Positions 10,419 to 22,100 are shown, counted from the stretch's first letter. The stretch: DNA of 64,000 bases from Candidatus Latescibacterota bacterium (GCA_965223905.1 CBDCXV010000010.1:1280001-1344000), one strand, 5' to 3'. Program-made: numbers and translations. Notes: a model not told the origin generated them from the sequence alone.

Positions 10419-10816
10419 GCGAGAAACGCATCATCCGGGTCGGAGACGTCATGGGCTCCAAGCTCTACACCATAGACAGGCTTGCGACCGTGGCCGAGGC
10501 CATGGCACTGATGAAGCAGCACGAGGTCAGTTCGCTCGCCGTCGACCGGCGCGACGACGACGACGAGTTCGGCCTGCTCGTGGTCGCCGACATCGCCCGC
10601 GAGGTGATCGCCAAGAACCGCGCGCCCGAGCGCGTCAACGTGTACGAAATCATGTCGAAACCGGTGTGGACCCTGCCGTCGGGCATGCTCGCCCGCTACG
10701 CCGTGCGCCTGCTCGTGCGCTTTGAAATCTCCCGCGCCGTGGTCGTCGACTACGAGCGCCACCCCCTCGGCATGGTGACTTTGCGAGATCTCGTCCTGAG
10801 CCACGTTGCGGAGTGA
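10415..10816 (+). CDS. CBS-domain protein
   Basis: Two CBS repeats (VGDVM, YEIMSKP, GMVT.RDL); ATGA overlap with the P-II gene. Confidence 0.88.
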   Translation: MSEKRIIRVGDVMGSKLYTIDRLATVAEAMALMKQHEVSSLAVDRRDDDDEFGLLVVADIAREVIAKNRAPERVNVYEIMSKPVWTLPSGMLARYAVRLLVRFEISRAVVVDYERHPLGMVTLRDLVLSHVAE

Positions 10817-10841
10817 TCGGGGAGGACTGCCCTCCGACCCA

Positions 10842-10881
10842 CCCGTAATTGCACCGGAGCGACCCCCGCCACAGCTCGAGT
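10842..10881. repeat. 40-bp dispersed direct repeat, copy 1
   Basis: cccgtaattgcaccggagcgacccccgccacagctcgagt; 36/40 identical to 15652-15691. Confidence 0.85.
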
Positions 10882-11200
10882 GGTAGTCCGCTTCTTCGAT
10901 GCGGAAGATCGTCTTGCCCGCCTCCACCCGGCCTCCGCTTTGGAATCCCGGATCCACCCAGACGATTTTGCCGCCGACTTGCGGAGAGACATCGATCTCC
11001 GCGCTCGGCCTGACGGTACCGGCCCCGTATACCGGTATGGGACCGGACCCGGCCGTAACCAGACCGGTCTGCGCGAACGGTACCTGGGGCGGCGGCTCGG
11101 TGCGGGCCGGCTCGGGCGCCAGTGAAATCATAAAGGCCGCCAATGCCACGGACACAACGAGAATGGCGCCGGCCGTTACATAGCTGGAAATGCGGGACAT
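10882..11200 (-). pseudogene. RND efflux membrane-fusion protein, N-terminal fragment
   Basis: TM anchor, GTVRP, VSPQVGGKIVWV, FQSGGRV..G; truncated after RIEEADY at the 40-bp repeat. Confidence 0.8.
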
Positions 11201-11206
11201 GACGAC

Positions 11207-11677
11207 TTACTCCGTGGAGGTCGAATGAAGAGGCGATAGGGCGGCAGGGACTGCGTTGCTCTGCCGGACAGCTTCCCCTTCGGCGGCGGTCCATGCGCCT
11301 CCCAGGGCGCGGTGCAGTGCAAGACGGGCGTAACCCAGATCACGCTCCGCCGCCGCCTGCACGGACTGCGCGCCCAGGGAAGTTTGCGCTGCCGTCAGGA
11401 AAGCCTCGTAGTCCCCCACACCGGAGACATACCGCTGCTCCTGCAACGCCGTTTCCGCCTGAGCCTCTGCCGCCAGGGAAGCGAGCAGCGAATGGCGCCG
11501 GCGGCTGGCTTCCAGCCCCGCGAGGGAGGCCTCGACCTCGCTGACCGCGGTTGCCACCGAACGCCCGAAAGCGGCGGCCGCTTCATTTAGGCGGGCCTGC
11601 GCAAGAGCGACATTGCCGCGAAGCCGCGACCCCTGAAATACGAGGCCCAGCAGGTTGAGGCTGAGATTGCGGAACCA
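11207..11677 (-). pseudogene. TolC/NodT outer-membrane efflux protein, C-terminal fragment
   Basis: FQGSRLRGNV, AVSEVEASL, RYVSGVGDY, LHRALGGAW; N-terminus missing. Confidence 0.8.
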
Positions 11678-11802
11678 TTGATCGGGATTGTCGCTCGCCG
11701 TGCACCCACGGTACGACTCGCTCAGCCGCCTCGCGAGCCGGGCGCATCGTCGGCGCCCTCGTTCGTACGCTTACTTACGCCCCCTGGCATCAGTAATTCC
11801 CC

Positions 11803-12603
11803 TTACTCGCCATCGGCAACGCCGGGAAGGGCCATGGTGCTGAGCAGACCGCCATCGACATCGAGCGCGACTCCCGTCAGAAAGGACGATTCCTCGGCGA
11901 GGAAGAACATGATGGCGTTGACGACATCTTCCTCGGTGGGGTTGCGGCCGAGCGGGATGTCCGCCGCGGTCGCCGCGAGGATCGCTGCGGGCGCTGCCCC
12001 AGCGGTCCGTTGTTTGTAGGCGAGCACGTCCTGGCCCATGCCGGTGGTCGAGACACCGACCGGACAGACGCAGTTGACGGTGACGCCGTCGGGGGCCAGC
12101 TCGCCGGCCAGCGCCTTGCTCAGGCCGACGACGCCGAACTTGGCGGCGCAATAGGAGGCAATCAGCGCGCTGCCGATCTTCGACACGTCCGAGCCGATAT
12201 TGACGATGCGGCCGCGCCGGCCGCTCTGGCGCAGGAGCGGGGCCGCGGCCTGGCAGCAGAGAAAAACCCCCTTGAGATCGATGTCGATGACCCGGTCCCA
12301 ATCCGCTTCGGTGGTTTCTTCCAGGGAGCCCAAGTGGATGACACCGGCGGAATTGACCAGGGTGTCCAGGCCCCCGAAGCGCGTCCGGCAGGCGGCTACG
12401 GCCTGTTGGACGGATGCCGGCGAGGTGACATCGAGCACCAGGGCCAGCACGCGGTCGCTGTGCAATTCATCGGCGGCCGCCCGCAGTTTTTCGCCGTCGA
12501 TATCGGCGATGGCGACCCGGGCGCCCTGGGCGAGCAGGGCCCTGGCGGTGCCCAGGCCGAAGCCGCCGGCCCCGCCGGTGATCAGCGCGCGTCTAGGATT
12601 CAA
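11803..12603 (-). CDS. Short-chain dehydrogenase/reductase
   Basis: TGGAGGFG, NSAG, YCAAK, VDGG. Confidence 0.92.
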   Translation of the reverse strand: MNPRRALITGGAGGFGLGTARALLAQGARVAIADIDGEKLRAAADELHSDRVLALVLDVTSPASVQQAVAACRTRFGGLDTLVNSAGVIHLGSLEETTEADWDRVIDIDLKGVFLCCQAAAPLLRQSGRRGRIVNIGSDVSKIGSALIASYCAAKFGVVGLSKALAGELAPDGVTVNCVCPVGVSTTGMGQDVLAYKQRTAGAAPAAILAATAADIPLGRNPTEEDVVNAIMFFLAEESSFLTGVALDVDGGLLSTMALPGVADGE

Positions 12604-13723
12604 AACGATATTTCTCGACGATCTCTTCGTTGACCTCGACGCCGAGACCGGGTTGGTCGCGGACGGCGAGATGGCCCGCTTCCTGCACCCAGGGGTCGGC
12701 GACGAGCTCGTGTTGCATCGGGGACTCGTGCGGTTTGAAGTCGAGGGCGACCCCGTGAGTCGAGTTGGCCATCAGGTGCAGGCTGGCCGCGGTGTTGAGC
12801 GCGCCGCTCCAGGTATGGGCGCTCCACTGCAGATTCTCCGCCTCGATCAGCCTGATATACTGGCGGCAGCCGGTGATGCCGTGACAGCGGCCCGGATCCA
12901 TCTGGATCACGTCGACGCCGCCGGAATGGATCAGGCGGCGATAGCTGTCCAGGTCCCACTCGTCCTCGCCGGTGCCGATCGGCGTCGAGGTGGCGTCGCG
13001 CAGCCGGGCGTGGGCGTCGAGGTCCGAGGGCAGCAGGGGCTGCTCGATCCAGCGCAGGCGGTAGGGTTCCAGGTCGCGGAAGCGCTGGATCGCGGTATTG
13101 AGGTCCCAGATATTGCGCGCGCCGGGGGTGTCGACGACGAGCTCGATTTCGTCGCCTATGACTTCGCGGGTGCGGCGGACAATCTCGATGTCTTTGTTGC
13201 GGTCGAGCCCGAAGACGGCTTCGGGCCGCATGCCCCAACCGGCCTTGACCACACCGTACCCTTGCGCTTTGAGCCAGCGAAACTCGTCGAGGGTCCAGTC
13301 GACGTCCTCCATGTCGAAGATGAACGAGGCCATGGCGACGACCTTGTCGTGGAGCTGCCCGCCGAGCAGCCGGCAGACCGGTTGTCCGAGCGCCTTGCCG
13401 GCGAGGTCCCACAGCGCCATGTCGATGGCGCTGATGGCGAAGGCGGCGATGCCCTCCGGACCGTACCACCAGACGTGGCCCCGCATCGCATGCCAGTGAC
13501 GTTCGACATCGAGGGCGTTCCCGCCGATCAGGAGAGGGGCCAGGCCTTGCTCGGCGATGAGCTTGCTCGCCAGGGCCGCCTCGCGAAATTGCGATATGCA
13601 CTCGCCCCAGCCGACCTGGTTGTCCTCGCCCTCGATGCGCACGAGGGTGATGTAGCGTTCGATGCCCTTGTAGTGGGGCTCGGGATAGGCCAGGGGGAAG
13701 GCCTGGATTTTCTGGATTTTCAT
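12593..13723 (-). CDS. Mandelate racemase/muconate-lactonizing enzyme family protein
   Basis: GWGE, SAIDMALWDLAGK, metal ligands D/E/E (VVD, WIEQP, TGE), PGLGVE. Confidence 0.9.
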   Translation of the reverse strand: MKIQKIQAFPLAYPEPHYKGIERYITLVRIEGEDNQVGWGECISQFREAALASKLIAEQGLAPLLIGGNALDVERHWHAMRGHVWWYGPEGIAAFAISAIDMALWDLAGKALGQPVCRLLGGQLHDKVVAMASFIFDMEDVDWTLDEFRWLKAQGYGVVKAGWGMRPEAVFGLDRNKDIEIVRRTREVIGDEIELVVDTPGARNIWDLNTAIQRFRDLEPYRLRWIEQPLLPSDLDAHARLRDATSTPIGTGEDEWDLDSYRRLIHSGGVDVIQMDPGRCHGITGCRQYIRLIEAENLQWSAHTWSGALNTAASLHLMANSTHGVALDFKPHESPMQHELVADPWVQEAGHLAVRDQPGLGVEVNEEIVEKYRFES

Positions 13724-13821
13724 GACAGTGGTCCTCGGTGACAGTAGTGGGAAACCACCCGCTCGCCGAGCGGCACCGCTCCTGTTTCAGCTTCAACGAC
13801 AGCGCCGCTCGATCTGTAACC

Positions 13822-14295
13822 CTATGCGTCCTGGGGATCGGATGCGGAATGGGTCGCTAACGGGTTGGCCGCCTCGATGCCTCCTGCAGCCTCGGGTTTT
13901 TCCCCGTCCGACCTGTCCTCCTTGACCTTCAGATAGTGGAATACCAACAAGGCAATGCCGATTAATAGGGGGATGATACCCCAAACACTCGCAGTAAGGG
14001 CAACGCGGTGGTCGGGCATGGCCAGGTAAGCGGCAATCCCGTAGCCGAGGCCCAGCGCAATCAGGATCAACGCTGGTTTGCGAGCATCAGTCGGCTGCCT
14101 GAGAGGAATCGGCTGGCCCTGCTCGATCGCGGCTCTCTGGACCTTGCTCTCGAAGAAATATCTCAATGTGAGAAAGACGAAAAGGCCGGCAGCCACGAAG
14201 GGTACCGAAATGACTGCTACCTCGGCCCCAGCCGCCATGGCATTCGACGCCGTCAGCAGGAGGAAACTCAGCACGATGAATGGTAAGCTTTTCAT
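13822..14295 (-). CDS. Small membrane protein (DUF6249-like), divergent from the ECF sigma gene
   Basis: ATG 14295 with aggag SD; AAIEQG motif and LIALGLG / GIIPLLIGIALL TM pair. Confidence 0.65.
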   Translation of the reverse strand: MKSLPFIVLSFLLLTASNAMAAGAEVAVISVPFVAAGLFVFLTLRYFFESKVQRAAIEQGQPIPLRQPTDARKPALILIALGLGYGIAAYLAMPDHRVALTASVWGIIPLLIGIALLVFHYLKVKEDRSDGEKPEAAGGIEAANPLATHSASDPQDA

Positions 14296-14367
14296 GGTTG
14301 ACTCCTTCGTCCGACTGTATCCGACGGACAAACCAGGGATGGAATATTGTGCCGCCTTTGACACAGT

Positions 14368-14395
14368 TAGAGCGGGGTAGGGAGGATTTGTTTCA
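14368..14395 (-). promoter_or_regulatory. ECF-type promoter TGAAAC-N16-GCTCTA (leftward)
   Basis: Reverse complement reads tgaaac aaatcctccctacccc gctcta; same hexamers and spacing as the rightward copy. Confidence 0.75.
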
Positions 14396-14419
14396 GAAGA
14401 AGATGAATGCACGGCATTT

Positions 14420-14447
14420 TGAAACATTTCCTGCGACAGGAGCTCTA
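14420..14447 (+). promoter_or_regulatory. ECF-type promoter TGAAAC-N16-GCTCTA (rightward)
   Basis: tgaaac atttcctgcgacagga gctcta directly upstream of the sigma gene. Confidence 0.75.
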
Positions 14448-14461
14448 TATGGGTAGGGAAA

Positions 14462-15064
14462 TTGCGGCATAAATCGCACACAGGGAAGCTCTCCGTGCAG
14501 GATGAAAGATCCCTCATCAGCCGCTGTCGACGAGGAGATGAAAAGGCGTTTGCGGAACTCGTGGATGAACACAAGACCAGGGTCTCAAATATCGTGTACC
14601 GCATGACGGGAGACAGTGATGCGACGGAGGACCTGACCCAGGAAGTTTTCCTCCGAGTACTGCGCGGTCTGCACCGGTTTCGTGGCGAAGCGAGGCTTTC
14701 TACATGGATCTACCGAATTACCTGTCGCGTTTGTTTTCAAGAGCTGCAGCGCCGCCGACACCGGAGCAATCAAGTCCAGTGGAATGATGAAACAGGGGAA
14801 TGGCACCTCCGGGAAACCAGCTCAGGCGAAAGTGTAAAGGAAGACAAGGCCGAAAAGGCTGAGATGGAGGAGGCTGTAGCGCGCTGGGTGGATGAGTTGC
14901 CGCCGCACTACAAGATGGTTATTTCTCTCTACTATGTTGAGGACAGGAAGTACAAGGACATCGCGGACATCATGGGCCTCCCGATGGGTACGGTGAAGAC
15001 ATACCTGCATCGGGCGAAGCAGTTCTTGAGAGCGCGCGCCATCGACGAAGGATATGTGACCTGA
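14462..15064 (+). CDS. ECF RNA polymerase sigma-70 factor
   Basis: EDLTQEVFL, FRGEARLSTWIYRI, region 4 IADIMGLPMGTVKTYLHRAK; start may be GTG 14495. Confidence 0.92.
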   Translation: MRHKSHTGKLSVQDERSLISRCRRGDEKAFAELVDEHKTRVSNIVYRMTGDSDATEDLTQEVFLRVLRGLHRFRGEARLSTWIYRITCRVCFQELQRRRHRSNQVQWNDETGEWHLRETSSGESVKEDKAEKAEMEEAVARWVDELPPHYKMVISLYYVEDRKYKDIADIMGLPMGTVKTYLHRAKQFLRARAIDEGYVT

Positions 15065-15603
15065 TGGATTGCCATCGATTCAAGGAGCTCGTGGAGGATT
15101 TTTTTGTTGGCGCATTGACGCCTGCCGACAGAAGAGCCGTCGAGCGACACGTGCGCGCGTGCAGCGCGTGCAGCCGCGACTTTGCCGCCGACCGGCTGCT
15201 CGATGACATCTTGTCAAGGCAAGAGCACGAAGGGCTGTCAGCTGCTTTCACCGAACGGGTTCTGGCGAGCTTTCGTCAAGAGAGAGAGCACCTGTTCGCC
15301 TCTCCAATGCGGGCACTGGGGAGTACTGGATACGCGGCCTCAGCCGCGGCCCTGCTCTACGGATTCACGAAATACCTCGCCGGCACGGGTTTCTCAAACT
15401 CAACGGTGACAGCACTTGCAGATGCCGCGAGGGAGGTGGTTCTCGTTCGGAGTGCCGGGCTGGAAGGGCCAGCCGCGCTATTCGCGGAGGCGTTCGGTCA
15501 GGCCGGCGTTCTGCCGGTGAGCGCGGCCGTCGGCGCCTTCATCATGATATGGGGATTGTATACGCTGCTGGAGGGAAGCCGCCTTGGATACAAGCAGACG
15601 TGA
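15064..15603 (+). CDS. Zinc-binding (zf-HC2) membrane anti-sigma factor
   Basis: MDC start, HVRACSAC (HxxxCxxC), TM segments; TGATG coupling to the sigma gene. Confidence 0.85.
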   Translation: MDCHRFKELVEDFFVGALTPADRRAVERHVRACSACSRDFAADRLLDDILSRQEHEGLSAAFTERVLASFRQEREHLFASPMRALGSTGYAASAAALLYGFTKYLAGTGFSNSTVTALADAAREVVLVRSAGLEGPAALFAEAFGQAGVLPVSAAVGAFIMIWGLYTLLEGSRLGYKQT

Positions 15604-15651
15604 GCACCTGCCCCGCGGCGCGGTCAGAGCTGGAATCCGAGCAGGGCAATG

Positions 15652-15691
15652 CCCGTCATCGCACCGGGACGACCCCCGCCACAGCTCGAGT
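15652..15691. repeat. 40-bp dispersed direct repeat, copy 2
   Basis: cccgtcatcgcaccgggacgacccccgccacagctcgagt; matches 10842-10881. Confidence 0.85.
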
Positions 15692-15738
15692 TCGCAACCC
15701 TGACCTCACGTTCTTGACCGCCGTTGCCAACGCCACCG

Positions 15739-16015
15739 GTATGCCCGAACGGTTGGCGCCTGGGCGATGGCCGCTTCATGTGCTGCGAGTGTGGGGCGCG
15801 CAGTTCGGTGACGGCGGGGACGATCTTTGACCGAACCCGGACGCTGCTGAGCGTGTGGTTCACCGCCTGCGGGTTGTTCGCTACCGGCAAGGACGGGATC
15901 TCGGCGTTGAGCTTGAAGCGGTGCTGGAGATCGGCTCGTACCAGACCGCGTCACCGACGGTGGCCGGCCTACCAGGGACTGGCGCAACTCGGCTACGTGC
16001 ATGATCGTCGCTCTC
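15739..16015 (+). mobile_element. IS1595-family transposase remnant
   Basis: Zn-ribbon remnant, SVTAGTIFDRTR, KDGISALSLKR, IGSYQTA joined to TDGW.AY; internal deletion. Confidence 0.8.
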
Positions 16016-16174
16016 AAGGCGTAGCCGGTGCTCCCCTTGGCGGACGCCGCCCCGGGCGGCCACTTGGAGATCCGGCTGCCCTCTCAGAACCCGCGATTTC
16101 TTTTCTGATTGGCCGGCCTCTGCGAAACGCCGCTCTGCCGCCAGCGTTTGCCGGCCGATGACAAAGCGGCCCCC

Positions 16175-19100
16175 TCATCTCAGCAGGGTCATCTTGCGCA
16201 CCAGGGCCCGATCCCCGGCCCTGAGCCGATAGAAGTAGACGCCGGCGGCCACCGGGCGGCCCTGTTCGTCGCGGCCCTCCCAGAAGACATCGTGTATCCC
16301 GGCTTTCAGGGTGCGTCCGGGGATCAGCTTCCTCACCACCTGCCCGGCGAGGCTGTAGACGACCAGGGAGACCTCCCCGGCTTCGGGCACCTGGAAGTAG
16401 ATCGTCGTGCTGGGGTTGAAGGGGTTGGGCGCGGCCAGGGCGGCCAGACCGTCGAGGCCTGTGAGGGCCAGCTGCTCGGCCAGGGCCTTGGCCGCGGCCG
16501 AGCGGGTTATGGCCGATCCCGAGTTTGACCAAGGCCCGGTGCCTTCCTTGCTGGTGGCCTTCAAGCGGACGGTGTACAGGGTGTATGCAGGCAGGCCCGT
16601 CAGCGTCTTACTGGTCACCCGGCCGAGCGTCGTTTCCGAGCATACGGCCTGACGCGGCGCATCGGAGTCGTCCTTCTCCTCCTCCGGCGGATCCTCCTCC
16701 GACCGGAAAGCAGGGTAGCAGTATTGCATGGTGTAGCCGGTGACGGGCGCGCCGCTCGTCGGGTGAGACCAGCTGACCTCGAGTTTGCCCGTGCCCGACG
16801 AAGGCACCCTGACCGTCGGGACCGTCATCTTGCTGGGCGGGCCGATGTCCTGAACGGTGGCGTTGATCAGCTTGTTGCTGTTCGCCGGAGGGTTGGCGTC
16901 GTCAGTAGCCCGGATCCTGACCACATAGATGTTGTTGGTATTCGCATCGGTGGGATCCTCGTAGTCCGGCGCCGACTCGAACCTCAGGGTCAGGCTCGAA
17001 CCCGACGAGGTGAAGGAGAACTCGTCGCTGTCCGTGCTGTAGATGTCCCAGGTAATGCCGTCCCCTTCGGCGTCCGTGGCCGTATACGTGCCCACGGCGG
17101 TGGTGTTCTCGTTGACATTCTGGCGCGCCGTGCCTGAAATCACCGGAGCCGTATTGGCCCGCGTGTAGGTCCTTCGTATGGCCGACCAGGGACTGTCTCC
17201 CTCGTCGCTGGTCGCTTTCACGCGAACCGAGTATCGGGTCCCGGAGCGCAGGTTCTCCAGGGTCGTGCTCGTGGTACCGGCATCGAAGGGCAAGGTGGTC
17301 GTGGAGCTGCAGGCGTTGGTTTGGCAATACTGCAGCTTCCATCCTGTGACTGGGGCATCGCTGGCCGACGTGGACCACCCGACGTCCAGTTCTTCGTGTC
17401 CATTGGTAGCCGGAACCGTGACGGTGACCGTGGGCTTTCCTGGCGGGCCTACGTTTCTGACGCTGACGGTCACCGCCCGGCTGGCCGAGGACGACGACGA
17501 GCAGCCGCCCCGGGCCCGGATCGTGACCTGGTACTGGCGGGAATCGGTCTCGTAGTCGGGGGCGCTGCGGAAGCTCAAGGTGCCCCCGGAGAAATTGAAC
17601 GCGCTCGCGTCGGCCCCTCCCAGCGGCAACCAGCGGCCGCCGCCGCCGTCCGGGTCGCTGAGGGAATAGCTGGCCACCGCGGTGGTGTTCTCGGGGATCG
17701 ACTGGGACGTGGGACCCGAGATCGTCGGGGCACCGCAGTCGGTGCGGCCGCTGCCGGCGGCCCAGCCGCTGGTGCCCTCGTCGTTGGCGGCATTCACCTG
17801 CACTTCGTACGCGGTGTTGGGCGTAAGGCTCGAAATCGTCGTCGAGGTCCCGGTGCCCGAAAACGAGTGCGTGCGCCAGTTTCCCGAGGCCCGGTATTGC
17901 ACGTCGTAGTCGGTGACCGGCGGCCGGCCGCTGGTGTTGGGCGCGTCCCATTCCACCTCCACACTCGTGCGCCCCGCCGCCGACACCCGCACATTGGACG
18001 GCGGTCCCGGCGGCTCGTCGACATCGGTCACGTTCACGGTTACCGTCTCGGTGTCGGACGCCCCCTTCGGGTCCGTCGCCCGGACGGTCAGGCTGTATGA
18101 AGTGGTGCCGCTTTCGTAGCTCGGGGCATTCTGGAAGCTCACCTCGCCGCTGCTACTGATCTGGAAGACGTTCCCGATCACGGACCAGGTGATGGCTTGG
18201 CCTTCCGGGTCCGTGGCCGTGAAGGTGGCTACGGACCGGGTGTTCTCCGGCACGGACTGCGTGCCGGTGTCGTCGATGACCGGCGGCCGGTTCGGCGCCT
18301 TCACCGCAGCGGTAGCGTCGCTCTGCGCGCTCTTGCCCGGACCGTGGGCGTCGGTGTAGCCGACCGTCGCCCGCAGCTGCTTGCCCACATCCGACGTCAC
18401 CGGCGTGTAGCGGGACGTGGCCGCAATGGGGTAGCGCGCCGACCGCTCGATAGGCACCCACCCCGAACTCGCGTCGGCCCGCCGCTGCCACTGCCAGCTA
18501 GTGTCCGCCACGCTCCCGTCTACGTCCACCAGGGTGGCCGTCATCCGCCGACCTACCTCCGGCGACGACGTCGACAAACGCACCGTGCCGGGGGTGTCGG
18601 CCGGCCTCACCGACGACGTCACCGCGCTCTGCGCGCTCTTGTTCGGACCGTGGGCGTCGGTGTAGCCGACCGTCGCCCGCAGCTGCTTGCCCACATCCGA
18701 CGTCATCGGCGTGTAGCGGGACGTGGCCGCAATGGGGTAGCGCGCCGACCGCTCGATAGGCACCCACCCCGAACTCGCGTCGGCCCGCCGCTGCCACTGC
18801 CAGCTAGTGTCCGCCACGCTCCCGTCGACGTCCACCAGGGTGGCCGTCATCCGCCGACCTACCTCCGGCGACGACGTCGACAAACGCACCGTGCCCGGGG
18901 AGTCGCCGTCGTCGTCAACCAGCCTCACCGTAGCGGTTGCGTGCGTGCCCGTGCTCACCCTCTCCGGCAGATCCCCGAATCCCAACGCCACCGACTCGTC
19001 GACCCGGTCGGCATCCTGAGTCGCCGTGACCGTAAACGACTGAGAGGTCGTGCTGCCCGAAAACGACAGCGTGTCTTCCACCCCCGGCCACGTCGCCGTG

Positions 19101-22100
19101 TAGTCGCCCGACTCAGGAGCTCTCGTGATCGGGATCTTCACCAACCGCTCCGCCGCCGCCGACAGCGACACCGTCACCGCCACCGACTCGCCCCCTTCGA
19201 CGGCCTCATACGACGAGCGGCCGAACGTGACCGTCAGCCGCCGGGGTGCAACCAACTCGGCGTACTCCCTGGCCGCCACCTTGCCGGACCCGTGCGCGTC
19301 CGCGTAGTAGACGCGGGCGCTCAGCAACAACCCGGCGTCCCCTGACACCGGCCGGTAGGTCGTGTCCGACGCCACGCGCTGGAGAGCGCGGCCGCCGGGG
19401 CCCGGCTGCCGCGTCTGCCACTGCCAGACCGCGCCGGTCACACCCCCGTCCGGGTCTCTCAGCTGCGCCCTCAGCTGGTGGCCGACCTGGGGCGACGTCG
19501 GCGGCGCCAGGGAGACCACGCCCGGATCGTCCTCGTTGGTGATGCGAACGGACACGCCCAACGTCGTATCCGCTGCCGGCGGCCCGGCGTCTTCGGCTTC
19601 CACGATCACGCTCCAGACGGTGTCCCCGTCAGCGTCCTTCGGGTGTTCGTAGTCGGGCTCCACCAGGAAGCTGAGAACGCCCTGGTCGCTCAGGACCAGC
19701 GTGTCAGACTTGGCATCGGCCCCCGACAGCGTCCACGTGACCCCCGTGGCCAGGCTGCCGTCGTCCGTCCAGCAGGCGCCGTAGTCTTCCACCAGGCCCG
19801 TAGCCCCCTCCGCGAACGTCGTGTCGGCCGCGCCCAGAATCTCCAGCCGCCGGACAGGAGGCGGGGGAGCTGTCGCAACGACCGGATGCGTTTCACCGCT
19901 CTGCGCGCTCTTGCGGTCCTCCTCGTCGGCGCTTTCCCCATCCAGGTAGGAGGCGGTCACCCGCAGCCGATAGCCCACATCGTCCTCCGTCGGCGTGTAA
20001 TAGACATATCCCGGATAGGTGGAGGGAGGCGTCCGCGTTTCCTCATCCGTGGTGGTGGGCTCCCAGCCCGACGAGCCCAGACGCTGCCACTGCTGCGAAC
20101 GCACGTCCACGTTCCCGTCCGGGTCGGTGAGCGTCCCCCTCACCCGCACGTCCACCTGGGGCGTCCCCGTGAGAAACTCGATCCGGCCGGGCCCCTCGTC
20201 CACGTTGGTCACCGTCACCTGAACGGTCAGCGGATTCGACAACAGCGATCCGTCGCTCGTGCGCAGGCTGACCTCGTAGACGTCGTTGCGGTCCGCGTCG
20301 GCGGTGCCCTCGAAATCGGGGAAGTCCGGCCTGTCGGCGAAATACAGCGTGTCGCCGCTGATCCGGAAATGAGCCGCATCCGGGCCTTCTTTCTGCAACC
20401 TGAGCACGTCGTCCGGATTCGGGTCGGTCAGCCGGTAGGTGGCCACCGAGTCCTCCCGGTCCTCGGCGAACAACACCGCGGTGGGACCGTCCGGAGGGTC
20501 CGGCGGCGAGTTGGTCGCCGGCTCCACCAGGGTCACCGCAGCGCCGGCCGGGGAGCCGGCGGTCACCTGCCAGGGCAGCGAACCGAACCCCAGCCTCACC
20601 CTCCCGTCGTCGCCGTCGCCGTCCGGTTTCGCCGTGATCGTGAACGTCCGCGCGGCGTCGCCGTTCGAGAAGGTCAGGGTGTTGCCGCTGCCCAGCCCGC
20701 CCAGGCTGTAGTCGTCCGACTCGGTGCCGGCTTCCCCGGTCGCCTCGATCGGAATGCCCAGCTGCCGGTCCGCGGCCGGTTCCATGCGCACCGTCACCGT
20801 CGCCGCAGCGCCCCCCTCGGCCGCCTGGTACGACTCGGCGCCGAAGAAGACCTGCGCATGAATCACCCGGGCGGTGGAATCGCTCTGCGCGCGCTTGTCC
20901 GGGCCGAGGGCATCCGCATAGCCGACCGTCGCCCGCAGCCGCTTGCCCGCATCCCCTGGTTGCGGCGTATAGCTGGTCAGCCCCGGATAGCGCCCCGCCG
21001 GCAGGGGGGGCTCCCACGCGTCCGTATCCCGGTCCCGGTGCTGCCAATGCCACCCGTCCACCCGGATGCCCCTATCCTGATCGGTGAGCACCGCGGTCAG
21101 CGGCGTGCCCACCCGCGGCGACGACGAGATCAGGGTCACCTCGCCGGGATCGTCCACGTTGGTCACCCGCACCGACACCGGCAAGGCCGCATCCGCCGCC
21201 GGCTGACCGTCGGCGTTGGCCTCCACCGTCACCTCGTAGACCGTGTCTCGGTTGGCGTCGGCCGGATTCTCGTAGTCCGGCGGCTCCTCGAAGCGGAGCC
21301 GGCCCGCATCGTCGATCGTCAGGGTGTCGGCATCGGCCCCCCCGAGGGACCAGGACACCGGCGCGACCGCCTGCCCGTCCGCGGAGAGCGCCCGGTACGG
21401 GGCCACGACGCCCTCCCTCCTCTCGGCGAAGGTGGTATCCTGGGTGCCCACAATCACCAGGGCGCCGGTCGGGCGCTCGGCCAGGGTCAGGGTGGCGCGC
21501 GACGGCGTGCCCGCGCTCACCCCGGCCGGCAACGGCGTCCCGAACCCCAGACTCACCGTCTCGTCGTCTGAATCGGGATCCGCGTTCGCCTGAATCGCAA
21601 ACGACTGCGCCGTGGCCCCCGACTCGAACCACAGCGTGTCGGCCACCCCCGGCCACGTCACCGTGTAGTCGTCTTCCTCGGTCTCCGAATCCGGGGTCAC
21701 CGAAATCGGGATCTTCAGCGCCCGGTCCGTCTCCGGCGATACCGATACCGTCACCGATGCGGTGCCTCCTTCCGTCGCCGAATACGATTCCCTGTCGAAC
21801 GAGACCGTCAGGTCCGGCGGCTCCGGGGATTCTGCCACCGGGCCGATGGCCGCGCTCGCGGCCCCCTTGTCCGGGCCGTGCCCGTCCGTGTAGCTCACCG
21901 TCGCCTGAAGGTACTGCCCTGCATCGGCCGACACCGGCGTATACGCCGCCGCCGTGGCCCCCGAAATCGCGGTCCAGGCCGCCTGATCCGAGGCCCGCCG
22001 ATGCCACTGCCAGCCCGTCACCGCCGCCACCTCGTCCGCGTCGCTCAGCGTCGCCGACAGCTCCGTGCCCACCTGCGCCGTGGCCGGGTCGATCGACACC

